From the NCBI GenBank assembly GCA_964595645.1, contig CAZQQT010000003.1:96001-160000 (forward strand): a stretch of 64,000 bases of DNA, in the 5' to 3' direction. A program made the translations under genes and the position numbers. Every line of letters starts with the position of its first letter. Position 1 is the first letter of the stretch. The notes below the pieces were generated by a model, which worked only from the letters and a program-made list of their open reading frames with translations, did no database searches and was not told the origin of the DNA. This DNA is from an uncultured Thermococci archaeon (GTDB lineage: Archaea > Methanobacteriota_B > Thermococci > Methanofastidiosales > B48-G16). Shown here piece by piece: positions 30,647 through 41,494 of this stretch.

Positions 30647-30731
30647 ATTAATGTCCCCTACTTCCAGAAAAAAAGAGTGGACTGTTATTTCTCCTTCAAT
30701 TTCTACCCGCATTTTCAAGCTTTCATGAGTA

Positions 30732-31220
30732 TTATTTCATCCTACCGAAGTAGATCGTGAGAAGAAGTACCACGAACACACCAGCAGCAATGTAACATAT
30801 CATTTTGTGGGGGGATTTCGGTGTCCTAGTTGGGGTTGCGGTTGTTGTAATCGGCGCAGGTGTTTCTATCTTTTTGATGCAATAGGAATTGGAAGTTCCT
30901 CGATCTGTAGCTAGAATTACATTACATTCCTGATTCTTCCTATACTTCCCATATACCTCTACTTTGTCACCAGGTTCTATGGTCGGATCGATGTCGCCCC
31001 ATTCAATGTTGATAGCTTGGAAGGTGACTACCTTAATTCTGTCAGTACAGGGCTGTGGGCCGCTGAGAACTTCCTCTACCTGTACACGCCAATAGCTTGT
31101 TCCACCAGGTTTTACCGCCTCGTGATACTCTACTGCGGTACCTACAAATTGCATTTCTGTATCTGCTCTCACGTTTTTAAATCCGATTCCAATTCCACTC
31201 AACGCCAACGCACCAATCAC
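30732..31220 (-). CDS. Membrane-anchored extracellular protein (possible OB-like domain)
   Basis: Signal-peptide remnant, beta-rich domain with 3 Cys, Thr/Pro linker, C-terminal TM helix and basic tail; 5' end may be degraded. Confidence 0.65.
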   Translation of the reverse strand: MIGALALSGIGIGFKNVRADTEMQFVGTAVEYHEAVKPGGTSYWRVQVEEVLSGPQPCTDRIKVVTFQAINIEWGDIDPTIEPGDKVEVYGKYRKNQECNVILATDRGTSNSYCIKKIETPAPITTTATPTRTPKSPHKMICYIAAGVFVVLLLTIYFGRMK

Positions 31221-31484
31221 AAACCAACCACAAGTTTCCTCTTTATATTACCACTACTTAGCCTATGGGCAGAAATACTTAAGGTTTTGGAAAACTCCAA
31301 TAACAGCTGCTTCTACATTTCATGCATAAGATCCTCTATAGTCCATCGGAGGTACATAATTCTATGGATCTGGTTACAGCAACATTAACTTCTCCCCTAC
31401 CTATCATCTATAATGGACTGAAGACATTGGTAGAGATATAATTCAATCCGAAAAAAAGGATTATATGAGTTTCGCTCCAATGAT

Positions 31485-32414
31485 TCAATGCCTTTCAACT
31501 GCTACAATATACTCACTAAATATTTCATTAAACTCATTCTGGCTCAATACTGATTTATTTTCTTTCTCAATTTTTTGCATGGCTGGAGGATTGTTTAAGT
31601 ATCCTGGCATTTTATTCTCTATTCTTTTTTCAAATGAAGGAGTGATCGTATCCTTATAGAAGATTCCAATAGGTATTTTTTTATTCTCAGATAATTTATT
31701 CATTGCCTGATATTTCTTTTCGACTCGCTCCTCATCATCTTTTACGGTAGGATCCCAGTCATCAGCCAACTCTTCAATACGTTGCTGGTAAAACGCCGAT
31801 GTGTGTATATTATTGTACGTGACACAAGGCTGGAGTATGTCAATAAAGGCAGCGCCATCGTGTTGTATACCTTCGATAATCAGCTTCTGTAAGTGTGCAG
31901 CGCTTAATGCGTATCCTCTTGCCACGAAGGTGTATCCTGCTGTCAACGCAAGTGGAAGTGCAGGTACGGCATCCTGTATAGTGGGCGTTGAAAGCGCTTT
32001 GGGCCGCTTTCCCCTGGATAGCGTGGGGGATGCTTGTCCCTTAGTGAGTCCGTAAACCCGATTGTCATGCATGAGCACAACCATATCTAAATTTCTTCTG
32101 CCTAATGCGACGAAATGCCCTGCACCAATACCCAACAGATCTCCGTCACCCCCGTTCACAATCACGTTTAGAGGGGGGTTCGCTATTTTAATGCCGGAGG
32201 CAAAGGGTATAGCCCTTCCATGGATGGTGTGGACTCCGTTTACATCTATATAATGAGGTATTTTACCAGAACATCCTATCCCTGAGACTATCACCGTGGT
32301 TTCTGGGTGTAAATCTGTTTCGTTCAGGGCCTTGTACATACTAGACAGTATCCCAAAATTACCGCAGCCGGGACACCAATCTACCCAGTTTTCAGTTGCA
32401 TACTCACGGGCCAT
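31485..32414 (-). CDS. 2-oxoacid:ferredoxin oxidoreductase beta subunit
   Basis: WCPGCG, SGIGCS, HGRA, GGDGD, YGLTKGQ and QPCVT motifs. Confidence 0.93.
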   Translation of the reverse strand: MAREYATENWVDWCPGCGNFGILSSMYKALNETDLHPETTVIVSGIGCSGKIPHYIDVNGVHTIHGRAIPFASGIKIANPPLNVIVNGGDGDLLGIGAGHFVALGRRNLDMVVLMHDNRVYGLTKGQASPTLSRGKRPKALSTPTIQDAVPALPLALTAGYTFVARGYALSAAHLQKLIIEGIQHDGAAFIDILQPCVTYNNIHTSAFYQQRIEELADDWDPTVKDDEERVEKKYQAMNKLSENKKIPIGIFYKDTITPSFEKRIENKMPGYLNNPPAMQKIEKENKSVLSQNEFNEIFSEYIVAVERH

Positions 32415-34320
32415 GACGTAGCACCACCTTTTTTCTTCCGTTCAATACCTTTTTAATCGCGTTTTTCAGTTCATTTTTATAGATCGGGCGGCCGGTGTAT
32501 TTTAATATCTTCTTTTCTATTGTTATACCAGTATTCATCGCAATTACTTTACCTGCTTGTGCGGTATAACTGTGTTCAACCAATATTGTTTTATTCGGTG
32601 TGAATCTATTAATTACTGATATGACGTATGCAGACGGAAAGGGAACAAACATTTTTAGATGAAGGTAGGCGCCTTCTTTCTCTTTTTCTTTTGCTATATC
32701 CTCTATAGTGTCCAGTGACACGCCTTTCACAGATCCCCAACCCACAATGAGAAAATCTGCGTTCTCTGGGCCGTAGTATCGTACCATCTCCTCAGTTGGG
32801 ATATTCTTCTCAGCCGCTTCCAACTTCCCCATTCGTTTCTCTTCCATTCTCATTCTATTGTACGGATCTTCACTCACGTTTCCATACTCGTTATGCTCAC
32901 TGCCAGTATACCACATCTTACCGGAACCCAACACTTTTCTTTTCGAGATGGGTCCCTCCCCAAATCGTTTGTAATCAGTGTCCTCCAATCCTTCTTTTTT
33001 CACAAGCTCTCCTCGATCTACCTCTGTTGATGAAATGTCAGGGACGGTTGCTGTCACCGTTGAGTTCGCCAAAAATTTATCGAGCAAGTGAATAACAGGT
33101 GTTTGGTATTTTTCAGCTAAGTTGAAGACCTCGACACCGTCATGAAACGCCTCTTCGTGATCACCCGAAGTAAGCACTATTCGAGGAGATTCCCCGTGAG
33201 ATCCATGCAAAGTCGAGAGGAGATCGGCCTGACTACCTCGTGTGGGTAGCCCTGTGCTGGGACCTCCCCGTTGATAGCAGGTGATCACGACGGGCACCTC
33301 ATTCATCGCTGCCCATCCCAATCCCTCAACCATGAGGCTAAATCCGGGCCCGCTGGTGGCCGTAGCACTTCTTGCACCACTGAGTGCAGCGCCGATGGCC
33401 GAGCCGATTGCTGATAATTCATCTTCAGTTTGAAACACTACCACGTTGTTTTCTCCCAGCGCAGCGTGTTGTTCGATGAAAAAACTTTCATCGGCTGCTG
33501 GAGTAATAGGATAATAACTTTGAAATCGTAATCCTCCAACGATTTTTGCCATTCCTATGAGTTCATTGCCTGTGACCAGCATGAATTCATCGTGTGCTAA
33601 GTTAGGTGATGCTAGTTCCAATGGAGCGTTATATTCATCGTTGATCAACTCTGAAACGTAGTTGGCTAAAAATCTGTTCTGTTCTGCGATTTTCTCTTTG
33701 TTCCCAAACTTTTTCATGATCCCGTAGTTCATATTTTTTGTATTCATATTCACTAATCCTGCTACCGCTCCTATGAGAATAGAACTGACGTATCTCGATG
33801 TTTGGGATGGTGAAAGCTCAAATTCCTTCAGTAGTTCATCTAATATATCCGGATAGTGTAAATTGACAATATGTATATGCTTTTCTTTCTCTAAATACGT
33901 GACCAAGGATTCAATTGATCCATCCACCCCTATCTCGATGAATTTCGCGTTTAATCTCCTTTTAAGAGGGACTTCAATGCTTGGAATTGATTTCATCTTC
34001 TTTTTCGAGGATGAGTGATCGTAGACGAGGTATCCTCCCTTTTTTAGATCTTCAAAATGAGTAAATACTGTCTCAGCATCCATACAGCCCAGTAGATCAA
34101 TGTCAAACGTCAATGACTTTGGACGGGTGGAAGAGGAAATAGTGGTATGCACATAGCTGTGCCTTCCTTTAATGTTTGAAAAGTATTCTCTATCTGCAAT
34201 CACTCCGAACCCCTCCAATGCGAAAGCAGAGGTCAGCACCTGCTGACATGTGTTCAGACCAGCTCCCTGTGCACCTCCCAAAATAACTGTTATTTCTTCT
34301 CGAGCCATCTGATCACTCAA
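32404..34320 (-). CDS. 2-oxoacid:ferredoxin oxidoreductase alpha subunit (gamma-alpha fusion)
   Basis: [30 protein letters not shown] and [10 protein letters not shown] motifs. Confidence 0.93.
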   Translation of the reverse strand: MSDQMAREEITVILGGAQGAGLNTCQQVLTSAFALEGFGVIADREYFSNIKGRHSYVHTTISSSTRPKSLTFDIDLLGCMDAETVFTHFEDLKKGGYLVYDHSSSKKKMKSIPSIEVPLKRRLNAKFIEIGVDGSIESLVTYLEKEKHIHIVNLHYPDILDELLKEFELSPSQTSRYVSSILIGAVAGLVNMNTKNMNYGIMKKFGNKEKIAEQNRFLANYVSELINDEYNAPLELASPNLAHDEFMLVTGNELIGMAKIVGGLRFQSYYPITPAADESFFIEQHAALGENNVVVFQTEDELSAIGSAIGAALSGARSATATSGPGFSLMVEGLGWAAMNEVPVVITCYQRGGPSTGLPTRGSQADLLSTLHGSHGESPRIVLTSGDHEEAFHDGVEVFNLAEKYQTPVIHLLDKFLANSTVTATVPDISSTEVDRGELVKKEGLEDTDYKRFGEGPISKRKVLGSGKMWYTGSEHNEYGNVSEDPYNRMRMEEKRMGKLEAAEKNIPTEEMVRYYGPENADFLIVGWGSVKGVSLDTIEDIAKEKEKEGAYLHLKMFVPFPSAYVISVINRFTPNKTILVEHSYTAQAGKVIAMNTGITIEKKILKYTGRPIYKNELKNAIKKVLNGRKKVVLRHGP

Positions 34321-34640
34321 TCCGCTGCAGGACTCTCCTCTGAGGCAACGGCGTCCGAGTACTGATCGATAACCATTACATCCTCCTCGTGATCATCCAA
34401 TTTTTCTTTCGAATAGATCACTGTTCGGCATGTAATACAGTATATCCATCCTCTTGTGTCCAGAATTTTTTCGATTTCCTCCCTCTTCAATTCTTTGAAC
34501 TTATCACAAGCTTCTTTTCGCACGATTAATTTATTGCTCTTTTTGCATATGCCCACGTAAGAGTACACATCGTGTGGAACAAAATACACGCAGGTTGTAC
34601 ACTCTGAGCGTGATCTACCACCTGTAACCATATGTATCAT
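34317..34640 (-). CDS. Cys-rich hypothetical protein coupled to OFOR
   Basis: CxxC-x-YF...GIC...CDKF plus a second CxxC...H; stop overlaps the OFOR alpha start. Confidence 0.7.
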   Translation of the reverse strand: MIHMVTGGRSRSECTTCVYFVPHDVYSYVGICKKSNKLIVRKEACDKFKELKREEIEKILDTRGWIYCITCRTVIYSKEKLDDHEEDVMVIDQYSDAVASEESPAAD

Positions 34641-34782
34641 TTTCTATTTAAGCTTTAATACTTTTGGGTCACATATTTCTGAAAAAAACAATATTCAGAA
34701 TAATTCTCTAACCGATTCTGCAATGGTGCATAATTCTACTTCTCACAGTATTATATGGCCGTAAGGAGGCAGTAGGCTGAAC

Positions 34783-36384
34783 TCACCATACGCCAATATG
34801 TCCATCGGTCCGTGGTTCAGTAGCGCCTCCATACCCTTCTCTGTTTTTAAGAATAATTTGGCCTCTTCCGAATCCCCCTGCATGAAGCGCGTAAGTAATC
34901 TCATGTCCCCTTCTACCTAATGCTCTCCCGATATGTTTTGGGAAGGAATCTTCTAGCACAACGTGTTTACCTCTCTCCCATCGCCAGCGTGGTGCATCTA
35001 AACACGCCTGGGGATTCAAACCGAAATCTAATAGGTTCATTACTACTTGAAGATGTCCTTGAGGCTGCATGTACCCCCCCATTACCCCAAAGGGACCAAT
35101 TGGTTCGTCCTCTAACGTGATAAAGCCTGGTATTATCGTATGATAGGTTCTCTTCCTCGGTTCTAGACAGTTTATGTGCGAGGGGTCTAAGGAGAATGTG
35201 TTTCCGCGATTATGTAAAGCGATTCCCGTTTCGGGCACCACTAATCCAGAACCGAACCCCATGTAATTACTCTGTATGTACGATACCATATTTCCCTCTT
35301 CGTCCGCTGTAGCGAGATATACTGTCCCTCCTCCACCACGAGCTCCTTTATCTGGCTCTATAGCTTTATTTTGTATTAACGAACGTTTTTCTTTCGCATA
35401 CTCTTCCGATACTAACTTTTCAGATCTAATATCCATGTAGTTCGGGTCAGTAATGTACTCCTTTCCGTCGCTAAAGGCAAGTTTAAGGGCATCTATCTGT
35501 TTATGGTACGTATCAACACTGTCCTTGTTGCTGAATTGGAGTCCTTTGAGTATATTCAGAGCCATCAGGGTGATTATCCCCTGCCCATTCGGCGGTAATT
35601 CCCACACATCATACCCTCTGTAATTGACGCTCAGCGGTTCTACCCATTCAGGCGAAAATTCCTTCAGGTCCTTCAATGACAGATATCCTCCATGATCTTG
35701 AGAAAACTCATCTATTTTCTCTGCAAGTTCGCCACTATAAAATGATCTCCCTTTCGATTTAGCGATCTGCGTCAATGTTTCAGCGTGACGATCCGATCTC
35801 CACATTTCACCAATCGCTGGTGCCCGTCCATTGGGAGCGAAAATATCGAACCACGTCTTAAACTCTTCACCTTCTAACTCTTTGTATCGCTCGTATGCGT
35901 ATTTCCAATATTTGCCTACCGTAGGATACACGAGGTGCCCATTTTTTGCTTGTTCTATGGCCGGCTGAAAGAGTTCTTCAAACTCGAGACACCCAAATTT
36001 CTCCGAGAGTTCGGACCATGCGGCGGGTGCTCCAGGTACTGTGACGGGGACCCACCCGAATGTGGGCATACTAGTGTATCCCCTTGCTTTAACGGTATCC
36101 ATGGAGATGGACGCAGGGGCAGGCCCACTGGAGTTCAACCCGTGAAGTTTATTTCCCTGCCAGAAGAGTGCAAATGCGTCTCCTCCTATCCCATTAGAGG
36201 TTGGCTCCACTACTGTCAGTGTGATCGCAGTTGCAACAGCTGCATCTACCGCATTCCCTCCCTTTTTCAATATCTCTAGTCCAGCTTGTGCAGCGAGGGG
36301 GTGCGAACTACAGACCATCCCCCTCCTTCCGTATACAATAGTTCTTCGTGAGGGGTACGGATAATAAAGTGGATCATATTTCAT
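34783..36384 (-). CDS. ggt: Gamma-glutamyltransferase family protein
   Basis: GGNAVDAA, GIGGD, PPNGQG, nucleophile TVY, QSNYMGFGSG, HTIIPG and GVMGG motifs. Confidence 0.92.
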   Translation of the reverse strand: MKYDPLYYPYPSRRTIVYGRRGMVCSSHPLAAQAGLEILKKGGNAVDAAVATAITLTVVEPTSNGIGGDAFALFWQGNKLHGLNSSGPAPASISMDTVKARGYTSMPTFGWVPVTVPGAPAAWSELSEKFGCLEFEELFQPAIEQAKNGHLVYPTVGKYWKYAYERYKELEGEEFKTWFDIFAPNGRAPAIGEMWRSDRHAETLTQIAKSKGRSFYSGELAEKIDEFSQDHGGYLSLKDLKEFSPEWVEPLSVNYRGYDVWELPPNGQGIITLMALNILKGLQFSNKDSVDTYHKQIDALKLAFSDGKEYITDPNYMDIRSEKLVSEEYAKEKRSLIQNKAIEPDKGARGGGGTVYLATADEEGNMVSYIQSNYMGFGSGLVVPETGIALHNRGNTFSLDPSHINCLEPRKRTYHTIIPGFITLEDEPIGPFGVMGGYMQPQGHLQVVMNLLDFGLNPQACLDAPRWRWERGKHVVLEDSFPKHIGRALGRRGHEITYALHAGGFGRGQIILKNREGYGGATEPRTDGHIGVW

Positions 36385-36684
36385 ATAGACGCCTCCAATT
36401 TGAGTCTTTAATTAATACTAATTATATATGTTTTTCGAAGACTTTTTATTATTTTCGATGAAGGTTTGCAGGAAAGAACAGCCCTATACGCAGTGCAAAA
36501 AGAAAGATGCAGTAATTTTCTAACATTTTTTGACAAATGATTAATTTCTTTACCGTGTATATCTGTCATTTTCCAAGACGAACCGATCCAAAACATTTAT
36601 AAAGAAATAGTTCACTTTATTTAATAAGAATTAGAAAAGAAGTATAATATACCAGTATAGGAACATAATAAAATAGGTGAAAGG

Positions 36685-37956
36685 ATGAAGAGATTAAAAG
36701 GAGGAATACTTGCAGCAACGTTTTTGGTCTCTTTGTTAGCAGTGATTCATCCGGTAAGTGCAACAACATACCATGTCTATTCTGGAGACTCAATTTAAAA
36801 CGCAATAAACAGTGCCTCCAGTGGGGACACGATCCACGTCCACGCAGGAACGTATAACGAAACTCTTTTGCTCCACGGGAAGTCCTTATCACTAATTGGA
36901 GATGGAGCTTCCGTGACAACAATCAATGGAGGCGGCGGAGCGGATGTAATAAGCGTTAAAGATGCAACAGTCACCATCAGCGGTTTTACAGTAAAAAATG
37001 CTTCTTCTCATGGAATCGAATATTATAACAACGCTTCAGGGACAATAACACAGAATAGACTCACAGGAAATGTTCAAGGTATTCATGTTTCTGGAAGCAG
37101 TGTTACAATAGTACACAATACAATAGATAATAATACTGCAGAGGGCATTTGGCTTATTAACTCTAGCAATTGTGTCATTTATAACAATATTATTCACGAC
37201 AATGACGTAGTCCATGCAGGTATCTTTCTCACGACGTGCTCTAACAATGAAATGATAAATAACGATATTTACAATGAGGCATTCGGTATCCTTCTGTACG
37301 ATTCAACTGATAATACTATCTCCAACAACAGTATTCACGACAACGGCCACGGTATCTGGATTGCAGGAACATCACTCAACAATACCATCCTCAAAAATGA
37401 TATCCGAAATAATACCGCATCAGCAGATTCAGGTATTCACATAGCGCTTGGTAGTGATCCTTCTGGAACAGAGATCCACTACAACACTATACTGGACAAC
37501 ACGCGCTATGATAGCAGCTACGTTGTATCCTTCGGTGTGTTCAACAATACCGCCCATACCGTCGATGCAACGATGAACTGGTGGGGTGATAATTCAGGAC
37601 CGTACGATCCTTTTCCCGGAGCACCAGATTACAACCCAACTGGCGAAGGAGACGCTGTTTCAGATTACGTGATATATCGGCCATGGATAACTCGAGCAGC
37701 AATCACCCCTGTCGTCGCCTTCATGCCGGTGAAGAACTACCATTTAGCGCAGGTGACAGCGTGTCAAGAATGCATCGAAAAGAATCTTCCAGACGATGTA
37801 CCAAGCGGTGTGCAAGCGTTGTTAGATACGATGCAGCTACATATCGACAACGCGAACACGACGGGGAACAGCATCTACGCGAACAGTGAACTGCTGAAAG
37901 CTCTGGAGTGTTGCGAAGAGATCCAAGAAAAACTGGGTATTACATGCCCACATTAA
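36685..37956 (+). pseudogene. Secreted parallel beta-helix (NosD/pectin-lyase-like) protein with in-frame TAA at 36796
   Basis: Signal peptide MKRLKGG...VSA, then SI*NAINSASSGDTIHVHAGTYNE in frame with the 36868 ORF; PbH1 repeats; NWWG. Confidence 0.8.
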
Positions 37957-37964
37957 CTCTTTTT

Positions 37965-38210
37965 TTATTCTTCTTCCAAAATTTTCCTCATTTCAAAGAG
38001 AAAGATATCATTCTCCTCTGGCGCACTGATTGAGACTCTCATAAACGAGGATAGCCAGTATGCCGAGAGATCGAGAATGAGTATTCCTCGGTCCTTTAGT
38101 TTTCTTCCGAGATCCGGTACTGTCGTTTTTATCAGCAAGAAATTTGTAGTGCTCGGATACACCTCAACATTTATTTTTCTTAGTTTCTCTCCTACTCCTC
38201 TCTTTTCCAG
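37965..38210 (-). pseudogene. C-terminal fragment of a HisC-like class I/II aminotransferase
   Basis: VYPSTTNFLL...RGILI...MRVSI...EEN; the 5' part is missing. Confidence 0.7.
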
Positions 38211-38257
38211 CTATTTTCTCAAAAGTATATTAATTCAAAACACCCCTATATAATAAC

Positions 38258-38272
38258 CAAAACCTTTAAATA
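38258..38272 (+). promoter_or_regulatory. BRE/TATA promoter
   Basis: CAAAACCTTTAAATA, same pattern as other promoters in the window. Confidence 0.65.
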
Positions 38273-38298
38273 AGCCTGGGACACATCTCTTCTCTTGT

Positions 38299-38406
38299 TG
38301 GCATTGACTCTCAGAGAGGAGAGTTCCTCCGAGGCTTCCTCGGTACCATATCCATGGGACACCACAACTCCATTCTCTCCTCTCTGCATGCCATCACTAC
38401 TTTTTT
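38299..38406 (+). ncRNA. Candidate structured sRNA or leader RNA
   Basis: Nested stems TGGCAT/ATGCCA and CAGAGAGGAGAG/CTCTCCTCTCTG enclosing two hairpins; T6 at 38401. Confidence 0.55.
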
Positions 38407-38414
38407 AACAGTAG

Positions 38415-38861
38415 TTGATGAGATATAGTATGGACACAGATGAGCAGGAGTTTTCCCCGCGCTCTTCGGTATGGCAGTGGATACCCTGGCTAGCATGTGC
38501 TGTCCTTATCATTGTGTTCTGTTGGTTTTTTGCGGTGAAGATCTCGTTCCCTCTGATTCAGAAAGATGCGTACTTACAGCTTGCCAGCAGCATAGGCGGA
38601 GTGCTACTCAGTTTACTCGGACTTATCTGTCTCCTTAAAGGAACATACGATCTTCTCGAAAAGAGTACACGTCTTGAGGACACTGACATTATGAGGAGGG
38701 AAATTGCACCTCGCAATGCGTCTCATCTTGCCGTGTTAGAAACAGTGGAGAGAGATATGCGTGCCGGTCTTCCTACTTTAAAACTTCCAATATTCTGGAT
38801 ACTTATTGGATTTGTACTGCTCTCTATCGGTGCGTACTTATGTAAAAATTTCGTAGAATAG
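38415..38861 (+). CDS. Hypothetical membrane protein (about 3 TM)
   Basis: Three hydrophobic segments; no family recognised. Confidence 0.65.
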   Translation: MMRYSMDTDEQEFSPRSSVWQWIPWLACAVLIIVFCWFFAVKISFPLIQKDAYLQLASSIGGVLLSLLGLICLLKGTYDLLEKSTRLEDTDIMRREIAPRNASHLAVLETVERDMRAGLPTLKLPIFWILIGFVLLSIGAYLCKNFVE

Positions 38862-38864
38862 TAA

Positions 38865-39092
38865 TTACTCCATGCTTTCCATAATAAGTTTTAACCAGTT
38901 CATGTACGAGTTGAACGTACCGCGCAGTGCAGAGAGATCTTCAGACGTTATTTCCAAATAGAGGAAATCATCTCTATTCTCGAAAACGGTGGAAGTCTTC
39001 GTATATGGCGCCGAGTCTATCTCCATTTTCAGTGCTTTGTACACGGTGTCTTTGTGAGGGGTGTAGACCTTAAACGTCATCGTTCGTTTCAT
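38865..39092 (-). CDS. pcc1: KEOPS complex subunit Pcc1
   Basis: EDLSALRGTFNSYMNW motif; position in the superoperon. Confidence 0.85.
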   Translation of the reverse strand: MKRTMTFKVYTPHKDTVYKALKMEIDSAPYTKTSTVFENRDDFLYLEITSEDLSALRGTFNSYMNWLKLIMESME

Positions 39093-39570
39093 TCACATCG
39101 TACCTGCAGAGGTCTTCAATTGTCATTTGAGGACCCACCGGTGTAGTATACAGGTCTTTTCTATAAAAAGTTATCGTGTTTTCTTTTAAATGAAGTACAG
39201 AATAACTCTCTTCAGTGGACGCATTAAAGAAGTGGATGATATCATCTCTGTATTTTCCCTTTCCTTTTACACAGAGATCCACATCCTCCTCAATCGATGG
39301 AGCGGTTCTCCCGAGACGTACAGTCACATCCATGTGGCCCATCCACTGCCAGTCCAGATCAACGTTGATAAATGCGAGTCTATGAGGAATTTCTCCCTTA
39401 TTTTCTACCACACACAACCTATCCATTCCCTTCTCATAAGCAGTATCAAGGAGTGTGCGCAGTGTTTTAGCTCCTCGAGGTGTATAAAAAGAGAATGGAA
39501 GAACTCCCTCCATATCCTTACAGAACAGCTTTGTTGCAGGGGGTGTCCTTCTCGATGTGGTGAGAAGCAT
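39070..39570 (-). CDS. Brix/IMP4-like ribosome biogenesis protein
   Basis: MLLTTSRR, RGAK and GP motifs; superoperon position. Confidence 0.8.
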   Translation of the reverse strand: MLLTTSRRTPPATKLFCKDMEGVLPFSFYTPRGAKTLRTLLDTAYEKGMDRLCVVENKGEIPHRLAFINVDLDWQWMGHMDVTVRLGRTAPSIEEDVDLCVKGKGKYRDDIIHFFNASTEESYSVLHLKENTITFYRKDLYTTPVGPQMTIEDLCRYDVNETNDDV

Positions 39571-39711
39571 CTACTCTGCCTTTACTTTTTTGGATACTGA
39601 GGGTCGTATCTTAATTAACACTCTTCCGCTACAAAAAGGACATTTCACGCTCTGGGAAAAGTCTAACGACTCTTTTTCCAGCTCTTTACCACAGTTAATA
39701 CACTTATACAT
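39571..39711 (-). CDS. rpoP: RNA polymerase subunit P (Rpo12) (not in ORF track)
   Basis: Manual translation MYKCINCGKELEKESLDFSQSVKCPFCSGRVLIKIRPSVSKKVKAE. Confidence 0.92.
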   Translation of the reverse strand: MYKCINCGKELEKESLDFSQSVKCPFCSGRVLIKIRPSVSKKVKAE

Positions 39712-39952
39712 TTTGCTCCTCTTTTACAACCTCTTTTACGAGTTTTCCTGTATCCGTTTTGGGGATGTACGCTCCTCCAGCAAACTTTAGTCCACATTTT
39801 GTACATTTCCAGATGCCTGTGGAAACTCTTTTCACTGTTTTTCGGTCACATTGAGGACACTTATGTGTATCTTTCACTTGTTTTTCTATTTTATCTACTT
39901 TATCTCTCACTCGTTTTCCAGCCCGTGTTCCAAATCTTTTCGCAGTCCCCAT
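39704..39952 (-). CDS. rpl37ae: 50S ribosomal protein L37Ae (eL43)
   Basis: RFG, CPQC, VKRVSTGIWKCTKC and FAGGAY motifs. Confidence 0.93.
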   Translation of the reverse strand: MGTAKRFGTRAGKRVRDKVDKIEKQVKDTHKCPQCDRKTVKRVSTGIWKCTKCGLKFAGGAYIPKTDTGKLVKEVVKEEQNV

Positions 39953-39983
39953 GAAAATCACTTTTTCCTTCTCTTTATAAAGC

Positions 39984-40793
39984 TTACTCTTTCAGAGATT
40001 CTTTTATTTTTTTCCTGATTTCCTTCCCCATTGTAAGCGACTTATGTATGCAGTCCATGATTTCATCTATTGTGAGTTGACCGCTTTCTCCTTTCTGCAT
40101 TGCACAAATATAGTCATTATCCTCTGTCGTGACCGTTAACCGTGCATCAAGTACTCGCTCTTCATTGCGGCTCGGGTCCACAAGCATGTTATTTCCTATT
40201 TTTGCAAAGGTGCAGGATACTGGTGTTTTTTTCACAGGAAGCGGAATAGTTTCTTCGGTTGGTTTCCCATCGTCATCGAGCACTGGCATTGTTGCGGTGT
40301 GGAGAGCTGTCACTGCAGCCCAGCTCGCAGCATCGAACAGATTCCCGTCACTGTCCAGTACATGAATGTCAATGAATACAAGTCTCACGAGTTCTCCCTC
40401 TTCTATCATCAGTTTCGATGTATCGAGCATGGGAGCTTCCCGTATCCCTCTATCGACGACTCGTGCAAGCTCTGTGGCATCTTCACCTGGTGGTCCAGAC
40501 TCAAACAGTGGGCTCGCCATTGGGATTAACTCGACGTTTGTTATGAGTACACCTTCATCCGGTGTGTCAGGGTAGGGTTCTCCTGTGTCTATCTTTATTC
40601 CTGCAATCACCTTCGTATCTCCGAGCGTGACCATACATGAACCTTCAGCCTTCGTGAAAATATCAGGCTCCAAAATAAGTTTTCTGTGCTCATCAAAATC
40701 TCTTCCATCTTCTCTCTTTCCATTTTTCGTGAGATCGAGGATGTGATCTCGCTCTATATGAGATAAAAGATCTACTTCAGTCATTGTTCTCAC
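39984..40793 (-). CDS. rrp42: Exosome complex component Rrp42
   Basis: [26 protein letters not shown] and DGNLFDA motifs. Confidence 0.94.
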   Translation of the reverse strand: MRTMTEVDLLSHIERDHILDLTKNGKREDGRDFDEHRKLILEPDIFTKAEGSCMVTLGDTKVIAGIKIDTGEPYPDTPDEGVLITNVELIPMASPLFESGPPGEDATELARVVDRGIREAPMLDTSKLMIEEGELVRLVFIDIHVLDSDGNLFDAASWAAVTALHTATMPVLDDDGKPTEETIPLPVKKTPVSCTFAKIGNNMLVDPSRNEERVLDARLTVTTEDNDYICAMQKGESGQLTIDEIMDCIHKSLTMGKEIRKKIKESLKE

Positions 40794-41490
40794 CTCGCTC
40801 GTATTTCTCTCTCAACGCCTTCTTTTGTAGTTCGTACACAGTTTCACATCCTTTCTTTGCGAGATCTAACGCTTCTTCCATCTCCTCATCTGTCATAAGT
40901 CCGTCCATCTGCAGAAGACTGATTCCTCCTGTTCGCGGTACAAGTGCTATCGGTACATCACTCTGACCGTAGTTATCTTCTTCTTTGGAGAGATCGAGGA
41001 CAACCTCTCCACCGATCTTCCCTGCGGCACAGGCAGGCACGAGGTCCTTCATTGGGATACCTGCGTCCGCCAGTGCGACACTGGCGCAGGTAATACCCGC
41101 ACAACGTGTGCCTGCTTCCGCTTGCACTATCTCTATATGAACTTCTATCACAGATTCGGGGAAATTTTTTAAGAGCACAACGGGTTCAAGCGCACCTCGT
41201 GCGACCTTTGAAATTTCGGTACTTCTCCTATCAGGCCCCGGTCTCTTTCTATCATCGACAGAGAAGGGTGCCATATTGTATTTGCACTGCAGCACAGCTC
41301 GATCAGATTGTCTCAAAAATCGAGGATAGAGCTCTTTGGGCCCATATATTGCTGCATATACCCTGTTCTCGCCCCATTCTAGATACGCAGACCCATCTGC
41401 TCTCTTCAGGACATCTGCCTTTATTTTAATATCTCTCAAATCTTCTTTTCCTCTACCATCTATCCTTTTACCATCTTTTATGAGTTCCAT
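40777..41490 (-). CDS. rrp41: Exosome complex exonuclease Rrp41
   Basis: RIDGR, ADGSAY, YNMAPFS, RRSTEIS, AGTRCA and DVP motifs. Confidence 0.95.
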   Translation of the reverse strand: MELIKDGKRIDGRGKEDLRDIKIKADVLKRADGSAYLEWGENRVYAAIYGPKELYPRFLRQSDRAVLQCKYNMAPFSVDDRKRPGPDRRSTEISKVARGALEPVVLLKNFPESVIEVHIEIVQAEAGTRCAGITCASVALADAGIPMKDLVPACAAGKIGGEVVLDLSKEEDNYGQSDVPIALVPRTGGISLLQMDGLMTDEEMEEALDLAKKGCETVYELQKKALREKYERGENND

Positions 41491-41494
41491 TGGA

